A stretch of 55,287 bases of DNA, the filler included, from Circinaria calcarea (Eukaryota), in assembly GCA_051942165.1 (NCBI GenBank). It is 4 parts of 4 records of this genome, joined end to end, with 100 filler letters (N's around TTAATTAATTAA, not from the genome) between each part and the next. Parts side by side here need not be neighbours in the genome. Positions count along the whole stretch, not along the records: positions 1 to 13,766 come from JAVECS010000474.1; positions 13,867 to 27,621 come from JAVECS010000475.1; 2 more parts are not named here. One strand, written 5' to 3'. Position numbers and translations under genes: made by a program. How positions within the stretch are numbered: the stretch's first letter is position 1; every line of letters begins with the position of its first letter. The notes beneath the pieces are model-generated. The model made no database searches. It saw nothing but the letters and a program-made list of their open reading frames with translations, and was not told the DNA's origin. Shown here piece after piece: positions 11,446 to 23,826 of this stretch.

Positions 11446-12366
11446 TGTGCACCTACACTGGAATTTCTGACTTGGGAAAGCTTGTATGAGGGTAATTTAT
11501 TATTTTTTGCGACCGATCACTTGGATCCACCGTGTTTTTCCAGCCTGCGCAACCTTAAACTTCTTTACCTGCGATTCTCAGACTCTTCATTGCTGGATGT
11601 ATTTCTGCAAGATGGCCTTCGTGCCTTGGAAATATGCCTAGAGTCGAACATAGAATGCCTGGATTTCTTTCAAAAGCGAGGTTCCATATCCTCCCTGAAG
11701 ACTCTTATCTTCTCAACTATTTGCTTGCTTTCCTCCAAGCGAACACCCAGCTATCTACACTGAGTTTACCGTGTGGCATTCCGATCTCCTTTTCTGAGAC
11801 GCAACTGCTTCCCCTTCTCTCTAGATCCTTCTCGCTGCTGATATCACTCTCCCTCGTATGGGAAGGTACCTCCACTTCGAATTTGGCGCTTGAGATCATT
11901 AGTTCTCTGATGAGTTTACAGTAGATTCACCTAAGTACTGGTGAGCAGCTTGGTTGGAGATTCAATTGGCTGATCGACCACGAACTGATGCGAACCCACC
12001 TACGTAAACTAAGTTCACTACGGAAGATAGCGTTCAGTCGCGACTCTTATAAGAATAGCATTCCGGGACTCGATCTTCCAATTAATACTTACTACGAAGA
12101 CAAGCTCTTCCTAGTGGAAGACTTAAACAACCAGGACAAGACCTGGGAGCGGATTCATCGCCAGCGCATGTTAGCTGAGGCTAATACATATGTGTCTATG
12201 ATGCCTAAGCTGGAGATGGTTGTACTTCGGGCAGCTTCCCATGCTTGTTACGGTCCTACCAGACACTAGCAAAAGAACAGCAATTAGCTTGTCAGAAGAG
12301 AGAGATGGCTACTGGACGTTATTGCAGAACATGTTCGGCTTCGAAGTCCTGGGCACTGGGCGGTAA
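11446..12366 (+). pseudogene. 5'-truncated pseudogene of a leucine-rich fungal protein (F-box/LRR-like C-terminal region)
   Basis: A continuous protein (CAPTLEFLTWES...GEQLGWRFNWLIDHELMR...KIAFSRDSY...WLYFGQLPM...MFGF) can only be read across a frameshift near 11720, an in-frame TAG at 11922-11924 and a +1 frameshift near 12216. Confidence 0.7.
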
Positions 12367-13607
12367 TTCTACACTGGCCTGGTGCAGTTGGCCCAGATGA
12401 GCAATCTCATCATGTATCTGCTGCTTACTATGAAAGGAAAGCGACTTTGGATCGTTGGAAATACTTACATCCTATGTAACACTCAGAGGAGGTATAGTGT
12501 TGTTCACTTTTTCCAAGGTTCTTTCCATCCAGCAACGCCATTGTAGACTACAATTAAAGAAGACGTCTTTGAATAAATGGACTTAGGAGGTCTTCTGGTT
12601 CGCTTCTAGAATAATAGATACAAATAGCTGTCGGTCATCCTAACACTATGCGCTTCAGTGATACAGCATCTCGTTTAGTTATATATACACTGGGAGAACC
12701 CCTTCACGTGTTACTCTACCAACGTATCCGACCCTAATCGTCAACCACTTACCTGTACCCACTTCTCACCTCCAACACCCGAAGCCTTGAGCCACTGAAG
12801 TATCCTAGCGGCAACTGCCTCCATCCCTTCGCTAACCTTCCTATCTTCTCTACTACTCATCCTCCTCATTCCTACTTGCTCCTTGACCTATCTTCGATAA
12901 TCTCCACCGCTTTGCCTATGGCCTCTCATGCGTCTAGGTCTGAGTTACGTGGAGGAGAGGCTTGACAACTCTTACCAATGAGCGATTCAAAGGGTCGCTA
13001 GATTTTCTATTGTATCAGTGATATGGACCTGGAGTACAGGTAGATGATTGGAGGTGGGGGTGGGGTAAATGATTGTATGTCGCCAAAGAGCGCAGTTGGA
13101 AACAACGCGTTGTGCACACCAAAGAGCTGGTACATGACTAGGAGAATACTCTCGCGAGTGTGTGGAAAGGAAAAGGCTCTTTATGGCCTATCAAATGTAC
13201 AGGGGAATAACTTCCACAAGGCGTTAGATTCACAGCCGCAAGGCAGACTCAATAGCCCTCTCATTCTCGATATCCATTGTGCCATCAAAAGCGATCATCA
13301 CTTAGCATAAGTTTCGCAGCTGGCACTTTGATCGTTACATGCTACGTTGATACCACAGGTCACGGACTTCAGTCTGATACATTCGCTCGACGATAAGAGT
13401 AGCGCTAGCCACTGTCGGCCAGTCGTTCTCATTGAATGTAGTTGCAGAAAACACGATGCAGAACGTTACAGCAGTTCAACCGGTGGCATCTCTGTAAGGA
13501 CATATGTTTCAAATTCTTCCAGCGCCGTGGAGCTTATTGCTCTACGTGCTATCACCGTCACTCCTCCGAGTTCTTACAATTCAGTGATTGTGTAGAGAGG
13601 TTGATCA

Positions 13608-13766
13608 TTGCCAAACAACAGGATATCAGATAACCACAAGCTCTGGGATCAAGCTGTACAAACCTTGACCGACGAAGACAGATCGATCATCCCTTCCGAT
13701 ACTGCGGATAAGAAGCTGGCGATCTTGAGCGATATACTTAAAGTCGTTGAGAAGAGGCGACTGGAT
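13608..13766 (+). other. Fragment resembling the helical N-terminus of fungal NACHT (NLR-like) proteins, cut by the contig end
   Basis: LWDQAVQTLTDEDRSII...LAILSDILKVVEKRR pattern. There is no in-frame ATG (TGA just upstream), so it may be degenerate or spliced. Confidence 0.35.
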
Positions 13767-13866
13767 NNNNNNNNNNNNNNNNNNNNNNNNNNNNNNNNNN
13801 NNNNNNNNNNTTAATTAATTAANNNNNNNNNNNNNNNNNNNNNNNNNNNNNNNNNNNNNNNNNNNN
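13767..13866. other. Artificial contig-joining spacer
   Basis: 44 N + TTAATTAATTAA (stops in all six frames) + 44 N. Confidence 0.98.
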
Positions 13867-14409
13867 GGGTTGGGCCAGTGTTTAATCCGAGCCCGGTATA
13901 CTTGGTTTAAATACGTGTACCTTGAATCAGACAGGGGAAAAGGGCGATATGCCACTATACCCAGCCAGTCTTTTCCCTACCCTCATTCCGACAACCAGGT
14001 GTAAGTAAGTAATGGTGGGCAAAGACGGCTTTTATTTATTAAAATCAGGTTAATGAACGAAAGCAGAAAGCTAGCCGTAGGTAGTTTCGGAAACTAAATG
14101 TTGGTCAAAAAAAGGGGGGGGGGGGTTGACTCTGGAAATACTATAGGGATCCTAGTGCAGTTTTCTAGGGTACATTTCGTAAAGAAGGGGAGGGGGTTGT
14201 GAATTGATTCAGGGTGGGAGAAAATGTACATGTCCCCTTAGAATAACCCCTACCTGGCTGCTAGCTATGTGTCCTTCCACCTCTCCCATCTAAAAGTACC
14301 ATCCACCCCCCCCCCCCGGGGATGAGCGTAGCGTAAGCAAATGTCAACTTGGACAACCATCTGAACCGACATTTACCAGATGAAAGTTCCCCTTCTCATC
14401 CACCAAATA

Positions 14410-15603
14410 TCACGCTCCCCCTTGCTCCGAGATAATCTGCCTGTTCAGCGTAATCTCCTTGAGAATGTCGCCCGCCCCCATTTCCACCAGCGCCTGGGCC
14501 ATGCGGAACCCGCAGTCTTCCGCGTCCTCCCCACTGGTGATAGACTGCCGGTGACTGGCGGAGACGGCACGCTGACCGTCGAGGCTGACGACGATGGCGT
14601 GCATGGTGAGGACGTCCTCTCCACTAGACTCGGGACTTTGGGCGATTTGCGTGGTATCGTTGGTAGTGTGTTCCCTCGCATCTCGGGACTCATCCGTTGA
14701 ATCCTCCCCTATCTTCCTGTCGCCTGGAGATCCCTGGGTGGGATCGGTCTCCCACTGCGTGTCGACGCCAATGGGAACACTGCATCCTCCCTCGAGCGTC
14801 CGCAGACAACTCCTCTCGGCCAACGCTTCCCACATCCCTCTCTTTCCCTCCCTGCCTACCATTAGCCCTTCGGCCAGCGCTTTCGTCTTTTCGTCCCCTT
14901 CTCGGATCTCGATTCCTAATGCCCCTTGTCCCACAGCCGCGTACCACTCCCCTTCCTCCTTTTCTCTACCCAGAATGCTACTGATCCTTTCTGCTAAACC
15001 GAGTCGCTGGATCCCCGCCGCGGCCAGTATTAAACAGGCAAACTCGCCCCCCTCATCATCCAGTTTTCGTAACCGCGTAGGAACATTCCCCCTCACATCT
15101 TTAATCACCAAATGCGGGTACAACCGCCTGAGCTGGGCCCCCCTCCTCACTGAGCTAGTCCCGACCACCTCGCCTTCCCTCAACTCCCCCAATCTCCTTA
15201 CACCCTCTTTCCCTCTTCTCTGACTCATGACCACGCAATCCCTCCGCTCCTGCCTGCCCAACACCGCCCCCAATGCACATCCCTTCTCCAGTTGCGTCGG
15301 CATGTCCTTGAGACAGTGGACGATGAGGTCGAGTTTCCCCTCCAGCAAATGCAATTCTAGCTCCGACGTCCAGAGCGCTTTAGCGTTGAAGGCGTATAGC
15401 GCGGTTTGCTTATCTGTATCGCCGGGGTTGGTAGAGGTGGGATGGATGGAAAAGGCGAGAGTGGGGTGCTGCGCGGTGAGAAGGGAGTGAATCGTGTTGG
15501 TTTGGATCATGGCGAGGGCGGAGGAGCGAGTGCCGATTTTGAGGGTTTGGGAAGGGGAGGTAGGATTGGGGCCGGAGGATTGGGTAGGTGGGAAGGATGC
15601 CAT
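14410..15603 (-). CDS. HEM3: Porphobilinogen deaminase (hydroxymethylbilane synthase), intronless
   Basis: Motifs LKIGTRSSALAMIQT, LWTSELE, VHCLKDMPT, GTSSVRR, RGNVPTRLRKLD, AVGQGALG and the cofactor Cys in LEGGCSVPIG. Confidence 0.97.
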   Translation of the reverse strand: MASFPPTQSSGPNPTSPSQTLKIGTRSSALAMIQTNTIHSLLTAQHPTLAFSIHPTSTNPGDTDKQTALYAFNAKALWTSELELHLLEGKLDLIVHCLKDMPTQLEKGCALGAVLGRQERRDCVVMSQRRGKEGVRRLGELREGEVVGTSSVRRGAQLRRLYPHLVIKDVRGNVPTRLRKLDDEGGEFACLILAAAGIQRLGLAERISSILGREKEEGEWYAAVGQGALGIEIREGDEKTKALAEGLMVGREGKRGMWEALAERSCLRTLEGGCSVPIGVDTQWETDPTQGSPGDRKIGEDSTDESRDAREHTTNDTTQIAQSPESSGEDVLTMHAIVVSLDGQRAVSASHRQSITSGEDAEDCGFRMAQALVEMGAGDILKEITLNRQIISEQGGA

Positions 15604-16286
15604 TATGAAAGGGACGGCGGTTGGGGAGAGGAGGGCGGGTAAGATTAATAGCAGGAGAAGCGCCGTCAGGGTAGAATACCTAAATCAACGTTCTTTCACG
15701 TAATGAGAAGTAGGGTATGAAGTTCGATAGATGCACAAATTACATCGGTTAGGGCTACACTTTGCGCTGGTCTAACCCGTTTAAGCGATCAATAACAATT
15801 ATCTAGAGCTAGATTATCCATCGTATTTGTCGTCTTAACCAAAGCTACATGCTTTGAAGCTCCCAAATGGCAACTTCTGGGTTCTCAAGAATGAATGCTG
15901 GACTTCAACTTTTGGACAGTGAATACCCCGTTCAATAGCATACCTAACAACACATGTGTTAGATAGAGCAATTTTGCTATATGACGTAAAAATAAACTAC
16001 AGTCGGGACGAAGCCGTTGAGCATTGAGCAGTTTATGCCCCAATGGAAGGCAGGAAATAGGGCACAGCTGCCTCACCCGATATGTCCATGAAACTCCTGA
16101 AACTCCGGAAACTGGTGGAATCCCGAGGAATTTTAACGCAGGCATGGCCATTCCCAAAATAACCCCATGTCCCTGCTAGGTATTCCTTAATCAAATGACC
16201 TTAAATGAACTCCAGCACCGTTCTCCGATGAACATAAATCATATATCCATCGTGCCTCCGATCCCACGCGCATAACCACGAGGATG

Positions 16287-18951
16287 CTATCGAGCGCTTG
16301 CATGTCCCATAGGTAGCCAGGTCCTACGCTCATCCATGCTTCTATTAATTCTACCCCCGGGTGTCAGAGGCATATCGATTCGTGACGGACTAATAATACC
16401 ATCATCGTCATCCCCGATCTCGTCGGCCAATCTGGAAAAGTAATCCGCGAGTCCATTTCTTGGATCTCCGCTGATCAGGGTATCGTAGTTGGGTGGAGGT
16501 GTCATCAATGGAGGCGGCGGTTCTTCATCTTCGAACGCTGGTGGATTAAACGAAGGAGCCCGAAGTAAATGCATTGGTCTGCTTACGCCCGCGTCATAGT
16601 CATGTAAACGAGTAGGTCTACTCACGCCCGCTTCCGGGACTTGTAAATGTGCTTGTGGAGGTCTAGTCAATCCTCCAGTGTGGTCTGCCGGGTTAGTCTC
16701 GAGACTAGAAGTTGAGCTGTTGGACCCAGTCTGCAGACTGTCAAGCGGTTGTAGGTAATTCGAAGGAGAGTTACGACGCCGTGGAGCGCCCGGACAGCCG
16801 CATTCGTAATGATCGGTTAGAAGACTGGCGGATTCGGGCGATGTATATGCAGGTAAGGCAATATTAGCCTGCGTTGCCCGGCAGGAGAGGAGGTTGAACG
16901 GAGAATCAATGGAAATTTCAAAATGTCGACGTTTTGTTGGGTCCGCAGTGTCAGGTTTCGACAGTCGAAGAACAATCTATCCAGAGAGTTAGACAAACAA
17001 CATCTGTTGTATCCAAGGGACCAAATTTCTCATACCTTGATCCAGTGGTGGACTTGAATGTTCTGAAATGTGGTATCAAAGTGTATCCTATGAGCCAAGG
17101 GTCGGTCTTGCATAGCATGACAGCTTGGTAATTGTACATTGAACTCCATCTCAGTTGGTCCAACATTGTGACCTCCTTCTAGATCACCAAGTAAATTCAA
17201 CCCATCTCTTGGCGCTGTTTCGTCGCCTTGCGCGGCAGCCTCTCTTCCATCGTAAGTCACGCCGCCTCCAGCGGTAATACGAACCGTACTCCCGGGGTAA
17301 GCACTCGTGCTTGGTCCATCGGCACGCTTCTCAAATAACTGTACCTTGCGAGTGGGCTCTAGGCGATGCACACGCTTATTGCTTGTGTAGTAATGAACAT
17401 TCTCCGTGATGAATACCTTGATCCGGTGGCATTGGACTTTCGCCAAAGGAGTCAACTTAAAGGCTATAGGCACCTGCGCGCCGAGTGGAAATGATTTGCC
17501 TGAAATGACAATGTCGTAATGTAGCTGGTCTTCCCAATTCCTCGATATCGCGATAGGCTCTACTGTTTCGAGAGAATTCTCAGCCGGCGTTCGAATCAAC
17601 ATCACTTCTTTTGAACCGACGAGATTCGCGCGGAACGCTCCGGCTCTTTCAATTATGGCTTCCAGTTCATATTTAACATTTCCAAGCTCGACATTGATGG
17701 TCTCGGGTAGACGTGAATCTATGGGGAGTTCGAAGTTGTAGGCATATTCGCCGGGAGTAAAAAGCCGATAGCCTTTTTGGGCAACCGTAGTTCCTCCTGT
17801 TGCTGAATCGCCTTTGCCAAAGCTGCGAGATTGATTGACCTGTAGAGATAGGCGCTTTGCATCCTTTGCAGACAAATGCCCCTCATGCGAGGACCTAGAA
17901 GCTCTTTGGAAGTGGTCAAACGCAAAGCTGGTAACACCTGGGCTACTGACTTCCTTGGTTGTTGACGTGGGTCCTTTGAGAGGTTGAACACTGTCAGCGC
18001 CATGTCCGAGTTCTGCAGTCTGGAATTGCGCATTGAAAAACGGCCAGGTGTGATTCATGATACTCTCAGTATCTTTGAACTCTACCTTTTTTGGTGGTAT
18101 ACCTAGTACAACTGATATTAGCTGCAATGCACGTATGACACAAATAAGAGGACTAAACATATACCTTCGGGCCACTCAGTATGTGCTTTACCCCGAAAGG
18201 CTAGGGTAATCGCCTTAATCTTTGCACTTTTAGATACCCGCAAACGTAGGCTACCTCGTAGTAAGGTGGTCGTTCGATTTGTAACATCCGCCTGATCAAA
18301 TCCTTGCACAAAGAGGACTGGTTCAGCTAGGGATATCGATACAGACACTCCGTTTCCTGAAGCTATAGGCTTCTCGTTTCCAAAGGCACCGGGTATGCTG
18401 GTATTGCCATTACTTGTGGTTGACCGGACCGACGCATCCGACTCCGACCTTACGTTTTCTCCCAAAGATGGCCGAAGTACTATACCACTGACCGCGCCAC
18501 CTACTGTGGTACTCGCTCTCGTACGTCCGTTCCTTCCTCCCTCTCCCGACATCATCTCGGCAACCGAAGGTGTCGTGCTGGTATCAGAGGGCGGGTTACC
18601 TAATGTAGACGAGCGTTGTTGAGAGGGGGTAGGAATGATTGGTGTCTTCACCGGTGCTGTAGGAGGATCGCGTTTAGGAGACGGGGCTTGTGAGGAGGTG
18701 ACGAAGCGAAGAAAGCGTTTGGCGTTTTCCCTTGAGTTGGCCAGCTTTCTGACCTTGAGGAGTTTTGTGGAGGTGTTTGGTCGAGTTTTACTTGGGCAGA
18801 TATCTGCCGGTGCTCGGGCGATGTGTAGAGTATGAGGTCGGGGAATGCGTGGCTGGAAGTAGCCGGTAGGAAGGTCTGGCGTCGCGAATTGAGTGGGTGG
18901 AGCGTAGTAAAGGCGGCCCCGAAAGGATTGGACTTCTAGATAGTCTGCCAT
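16287..18951 (-). CDS. Alpha-arrestin (ART/Aly-like Rsp5 adaptor); introns 18103-18164 and 16977-17035; start codon uncertain
   Basis: Arrestin_N (LAEPVLFVQG, TEWPEGIPP, GEYAYNFELP) and Arrestin_C (ISRNWEDQLHY, IQVHHWIK-IVLRLSK, HFEISIDSP) motifs. PY motifs LPAY and PPPNY are present. Confidence 0.9.
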
Positions 18952-20574
18952 GGGAGCATTAGTACAACTCCAAGCGGTTGACAGCTATAGCACGCGGCGG
19001 TGGGATGGGAGGAAATTGAGGTCTTCATATGCAGCCGGTGAAATGAGATGGGGATGAAACATGTGCAATGACATGGAATGCTGGGGAAGCCAGGTGAGCA
19101 AACCACCCGACGTCAAACGACGTCAAAGAACAACTGAGATCTGAGTGGCAGTTACCTAGGGGTTGAAAGAATTCAAGCAAGGGAGCTGCAGGAAGCCCGT
19201 GGATGATGAAGGGCGTTTCGGGTAGCAGCAACCGTCAATCATCAGTGTGCAAGTCCAAGGGTCAGCCTTATGTGAGGGATGAGACCGGATGCTTGATCGC
19301 TTCCAGGATCGTCCCAGATGACGGCGGATGCGCTCTGCTATCTGTGCACAGTTGCCAACAGGAAGAAAGATTCCAGCGTGACGAGGTCCGGGCGAATGAA
19401 ACAAGGCCCGATACAGAGGGGGTTTGTAGTTGGACGGAGCCACGAGTTACTCTGTACATCCAACAAGGGAAAGCTATCAACACCTGAATAGGATGATGGA
19501 AAGCCACGCTCAGATGCGGGTAAACCCAGAGCGGAAATTATGGCCGGGATGGTTATCGGCAGCGCTCCGGTTCGGATCGGGCAGGATTGGGTGTGGACTG
19601 ATGGTGTAATTACCTTATGATTGATATCCAGATGGCTTTGGTCCAGTCCAATTAAACACACTTTCAGGGCCTAATGGCGTTGTGAATCGTGGGCGGTGAC
19701 GGTAGGCGTCTGATTTAAGCTTGAAAGGCTGCCGAGCGCTAGAATGTAGGGGACATCGATGAGCCTCCTTTAATTCGTCATGGCCGAGTCATCAGTCGTC
19801 CTTTTCCTCGGTACTTTCGGATCGAAGAGGGGGAGAGGAAATGAATGGCAGTGATTGCGGGGATGATGGGAAGAAGAGAATGAATGAGTTCATGGCGGCG
19901 ATAGAAGTACTTGCAACCGGTCATCGTGTTCGGCGCCAGTGACTGAGCCGTATGTTCGATAGGGTGCGATGTAGCAACGTAGAGTTACGCAGCATCTTAC
20001 GAAACAGAACCACCCGGCGGAGGGCAACCCGCCCTTTCTGGCTCGCTACACGTATACGGAAATTATCATTGTCGGATCATATGAGATTTGTAGGACTCCC
20101 CATGCTGCCAAGTCCATGCAGAGCGAATCTGATGTCGGAGTACACCACAGCCTCCACTAGCAGTTGGCTCGTTCTCTGACCGGATCAAAACTGATTTTAT
20201 AGTTGAGGCTGGCGTGGCTGGGAAGCCGCGACTACTGCGTACGTCAGAAGTGGACTTGGTATATTCCACCTCATCTGCAAGTTCGTATGCAATTAATCCG
20301 TCCGCCGACAATGCAATCCTGTCGGGGGATCCTGCCAGCAAATACGTACTGATTATCCTCCGTCTTGACCTCACCTTCAATGTACTTAGAGTTAATGACA
20401 AGATGGAGTCTGGGGTCCAGACCATGTCCATTGTTTGGATCACACTCGGAAAGGTCATACTCTGTAGCCGATCTCTCGATCCCACAACAAGGGTTTTTAG
20501 ACTCTAAGCTAAGATAAGCATTGCACGACTCCGATAGCATAGGGGCGATGATGACTAAGCAGCCCTGCGTCTTT

Positions 20575-20580
20575 ACGCGT
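20575..20580. promoter_or_regulatory. MCB-like element (ACGCGT) upstream of DPB11
   Basis: Exact MluI box ~120 bp upstream of a DNA replication gene, with a second CGCG core (TCGCGA) at 20601-20606. Confidence 0.45.
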
Positions 20581-20698
20581 TGATTGATTGCTTATCACCG
20601 TCGCGACAACATTTGACTATCTTTTTACATTTGGCTCGTCGCTCGCTTGCTTATTGAGGCCTCCCAACATCAGTACACCTTGTGATGGGGAGGGAAAG

Positions 20699-23538
20699 AT
20701 GGCAGATGATGGCGAACATAGTAAGCCTGGGCTGTCAACTGTCACGGGTGGCAGCAAGAACTGATCCCTATGCGAGATAAATCCCAGCGGCCCCTTCTGG
20801 GTGTCATTATGTGCTGCACGTCCATTCCGCCCGAGAAGCGTGTACGTATCCACCTTGCATCCTCAGAAATGTGCTTACTCCCATTTACTAACAGGCACAT
20901 CTTGCTTCGATTGCGTCGCAAATGGGCGCTGTCAACAAACTCGACCTTACCTCCGATGTTACCCATTTAATAGTGGGGTTTACCGATACTCCCAAATACA
21001 AATACGTAGCCAAGGAAAGACCAGATGTCAAGTGTCTTTTGCCAGAATGGATTGAAGCTGTGCGCGAGTCCTGGATGCGGGGCGGCGAGACCGAGGTCGA
21101 GGCACTTGAGGTGGAGTACAGATTACCCACATTCGCAGGGCTCAGAGTATGTGTTACTGGCTTTGAGGATCGTACGTCACAGCGAGAATACGTCAGATGA
21201 ACGAGGGTGGCTGACGTTCTCCTTTCAGTCGTCCTTAGGAAGCAGCTTGAGGAGGCGCTCAAGAACAATGGTGGAGAATACCGAAAGGATCTGACCAAGG
21301 ATGTTACTCATTTAATTGCACATAAGCCGGAAGGCAGCAAGTACAAGGCTGCGAATTCATGGGGTATTCGGGTCGTCTCGATTGAGTGGTTGCACCAAAG
21401 CCTTGAAAGGGGGATGATCCTCGATGAGAGTCTCTATGACCCACTGCTCTCTGCATCGGAACGGGGCCGAAATGCATGGGTGCGGGAGAGTGTCTCTACA
21501 TCTTCGTTGGTAAAACGACCGCGGGAAGACGAATTAACGCAAGGTCCTGTAAGGAAATTAAGGAGAACAGCAAGCACCAAATTTAGTAGTCAGAATGATG
21601 GTATCTGGACGGATATCGTAGGTGGTGGGTTCGGGCCTGGTTTGGCAATGAAGAGTGAATGGGACGACCAATCAAAGGAGCCCATTGGAATCAACAATGA
21701 GAGATCTTATAATGTCAAACCAGAGAAACATTCTAGCAACAGTTCTTCATTGGGTCTTCAAAATAAACCACTTTCACAACCAGAAAAACCTTGGAATGTA
21801 TCCTCCGTTACGGAACCTTCGAGCAAACGGGCCTTATTCCATGGCAAAAGCTTTTATCTTCATGGCTTTGATACAAAAAAGGTTTGCCTTGTTATAATGA
21901 ACATTGACGCAGAGGACTACTAACTTCTTTATAGACTACCATCCTCCAAGGCCACCTCCGTTCTCACGGCGCGGATATTGTAAAGGATCTAGGGGAGTTT
22001 TCCCAAATTCCTACAATAGGAAGCGCCGATGGCAGGTTTTTGCTCGTACCACATACATCTTTTAACCGCGATATACCGTCTACTCCTATTCAGGCCTCTC
22101 CAGTAATTGTAGTGACCGATCTATGGATAGAACGCTGCCTGCATAAGAAGCAATATGTATCGCCTGAAGCAAATGTTACCAATACTCTATTTCAACACCC
22201 CATTCTAGGTATTGCATACATGTTATCATTTCAATCGCAATTCTAACTTTACCTAGGCTTCGAACATCTTGTTCTATCTTCAACTGCATTTGAGGGCGTT
22301 GATCTTTTGCACCTCTCCAAGGCCGTAAAGCTTTCCGGTAAGCAAAAACTTTCCGAGTATGATCCGAAAAATCACGTCTAAATGGCTTAGGTGCTGTATA
22401 TGACGAATATCTTACACCTAACGCCGCCGCACTGCTATGTAATGGCTATCCTCCAACCAGGGAAAAGACACGTCATGCTCTGGAATGGAATATTCCTGTG
22501 GTGAAAGCCGAGTGGCTATGGGACTGTATCTGCATAGGCAAGAAGCTATCGTTTGATGGCTATTATATCCATCCATCTCAACAAGGGAAGCCCAGAGATG
22601 AAAAAGACGCGGAAGCGCCAAAGAATCGAGGTTCTTCCGATTCAGCCAGTGATCGTTGTGGTTCAAGGATTGCAAAGCAAGGAACCGTAGCTGTGAACGA
22701 GACACCGATTGAAGGGGCTGCTGGTTTGGATCAGACGATTGAAATGGCAGAAGCTATCAAGACTGAGGCTGGATCCACGGATGAAACATTTCTCAATTGC
22801 GATGATGATGGTGCTCTGACTCCAAACCCTCCAAAAGTCCATGCTTCATCTGGCAATCTCGAAACCGCATCCGCACACTCTGTTTCTTATAAACCATCGC
22901 CATTACACGAGCTTTCCCCAAACTCGCCTCCGAAGCCATCCAGATCGCAGGCCAAGCCATCACCTACTAAGCCTCGTCCTTCTCTAGATTCTCAAGACTC
23001 GGAATCTCTTATGACCGCGATATCCTCGCTCCTTGCTCATCATCAGCGTGAATCATCTAATCCACCACCACCTGTCACTTCAGAACAACCTCGTCTAGGC
23101 CGCCGCAAACGCCAGCTTTTCGGTCGTGTCCCCTCCAATCTTTCCGCTCGTAGTAATAGCATCAACCTCTCCCGCGCTAGCAGTGTCGACACGTTGAATA
23201 CAGATGGCCTTGGCACACCGCTGGAAGCCGCACATTCTGCCAGAATCCCAGCCAAGACGGAATGCAAGAATTCAATTACTGCCTCGGTATTGGCGAGTTA
23301 CAGCGAGGAGATGGAGCAAAAGGAAGACGAAGAGGCAAAACAGCGATTGCAGAGCACGCAATTGGGCTACGAAGACCCAGAAGCAGGTGCTTGGAGGGCG
23401 AAGCTGATGAACAAAATGGGCGGAAGGGGAAAGGAGGTGGAAGTCAGAGTAAAAGGGATTGGCACGGTGAGGGATGAGGCCGGATTGGGAGCTCCACAAA
23501 GCGTTTCAACGAGAACTAGGCGGTCGGGTGCCAGATGA
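20699..23538 (+). CDS. DPB11: Multi-BRCT replication/checkpoint scaffold (Dpb11/Cut5/TopBP1); several introns, exact start uncertain (20685-20709)
   Basis: Four BRCT repeats: PLLGVIMCCTSI..LTSDVTHLIVG..PEWI, LPTFAGLRVCVTGF..LTKDVTHLIA..SIEWL, VVTDLWIERCL, and PVVKAEWLWDCI. C-terminal STQLGYEDP. Confidence 0.88.
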
Positions 23539-23826
23539 GTTATGCTTATAGGAATGGGAGTAGGGAAGCGGTACATGACGGTATTTAGATATGGATGCAT
23601 AGAATAGCGTGAGCCTTAAGCATTGGATAGACACGGATAGCACGAAGGGAGATATATGAAGGAGATGGCACGACTCGAGAATCAAAGGTAGTATCTAAGG
23701 TTTCGAGTTTCTCATTCATGAAGGATGAAAACGCCAAATAAAGGTGACTACAACGCCAGACGTTACAACTCCACCATGATTCCGGTTTCCCCGAAGTCTT
23801 TCTTATGAGATCAAATTGTGCTTGCG

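Noticed and set aside
13811..13822. TTAATTAATTAA recurring every ~13.85 kb as a biological repeat or transposon target
   Set aside because: It is always centred in 44+44 Ns, so it is a synthetic six-frame-stop linker.
14594..15223. 209-aa plus-strand ORF, and similar long antisense ORFs (8726-9325, 26369-26794, 51834-52349)
   Set aside because: These are shadows of well-supported genes on the other strand and have no independent motifs.
16090..16120. GAAACTCCT/GAAACTCCG/GAAACTGGT 9-mer tandem as a CRISPR-like array
   Set aside because: Three degenerate units without spacers in a eukaryotic 3' UTR; a simple minisatellite.
20066..20507. Overlapping 139-aa and 97-aa ORFs between the arrestin and DPB11 genes
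   Set aside because: No recognisable family; they lie in a divergent promoter region.
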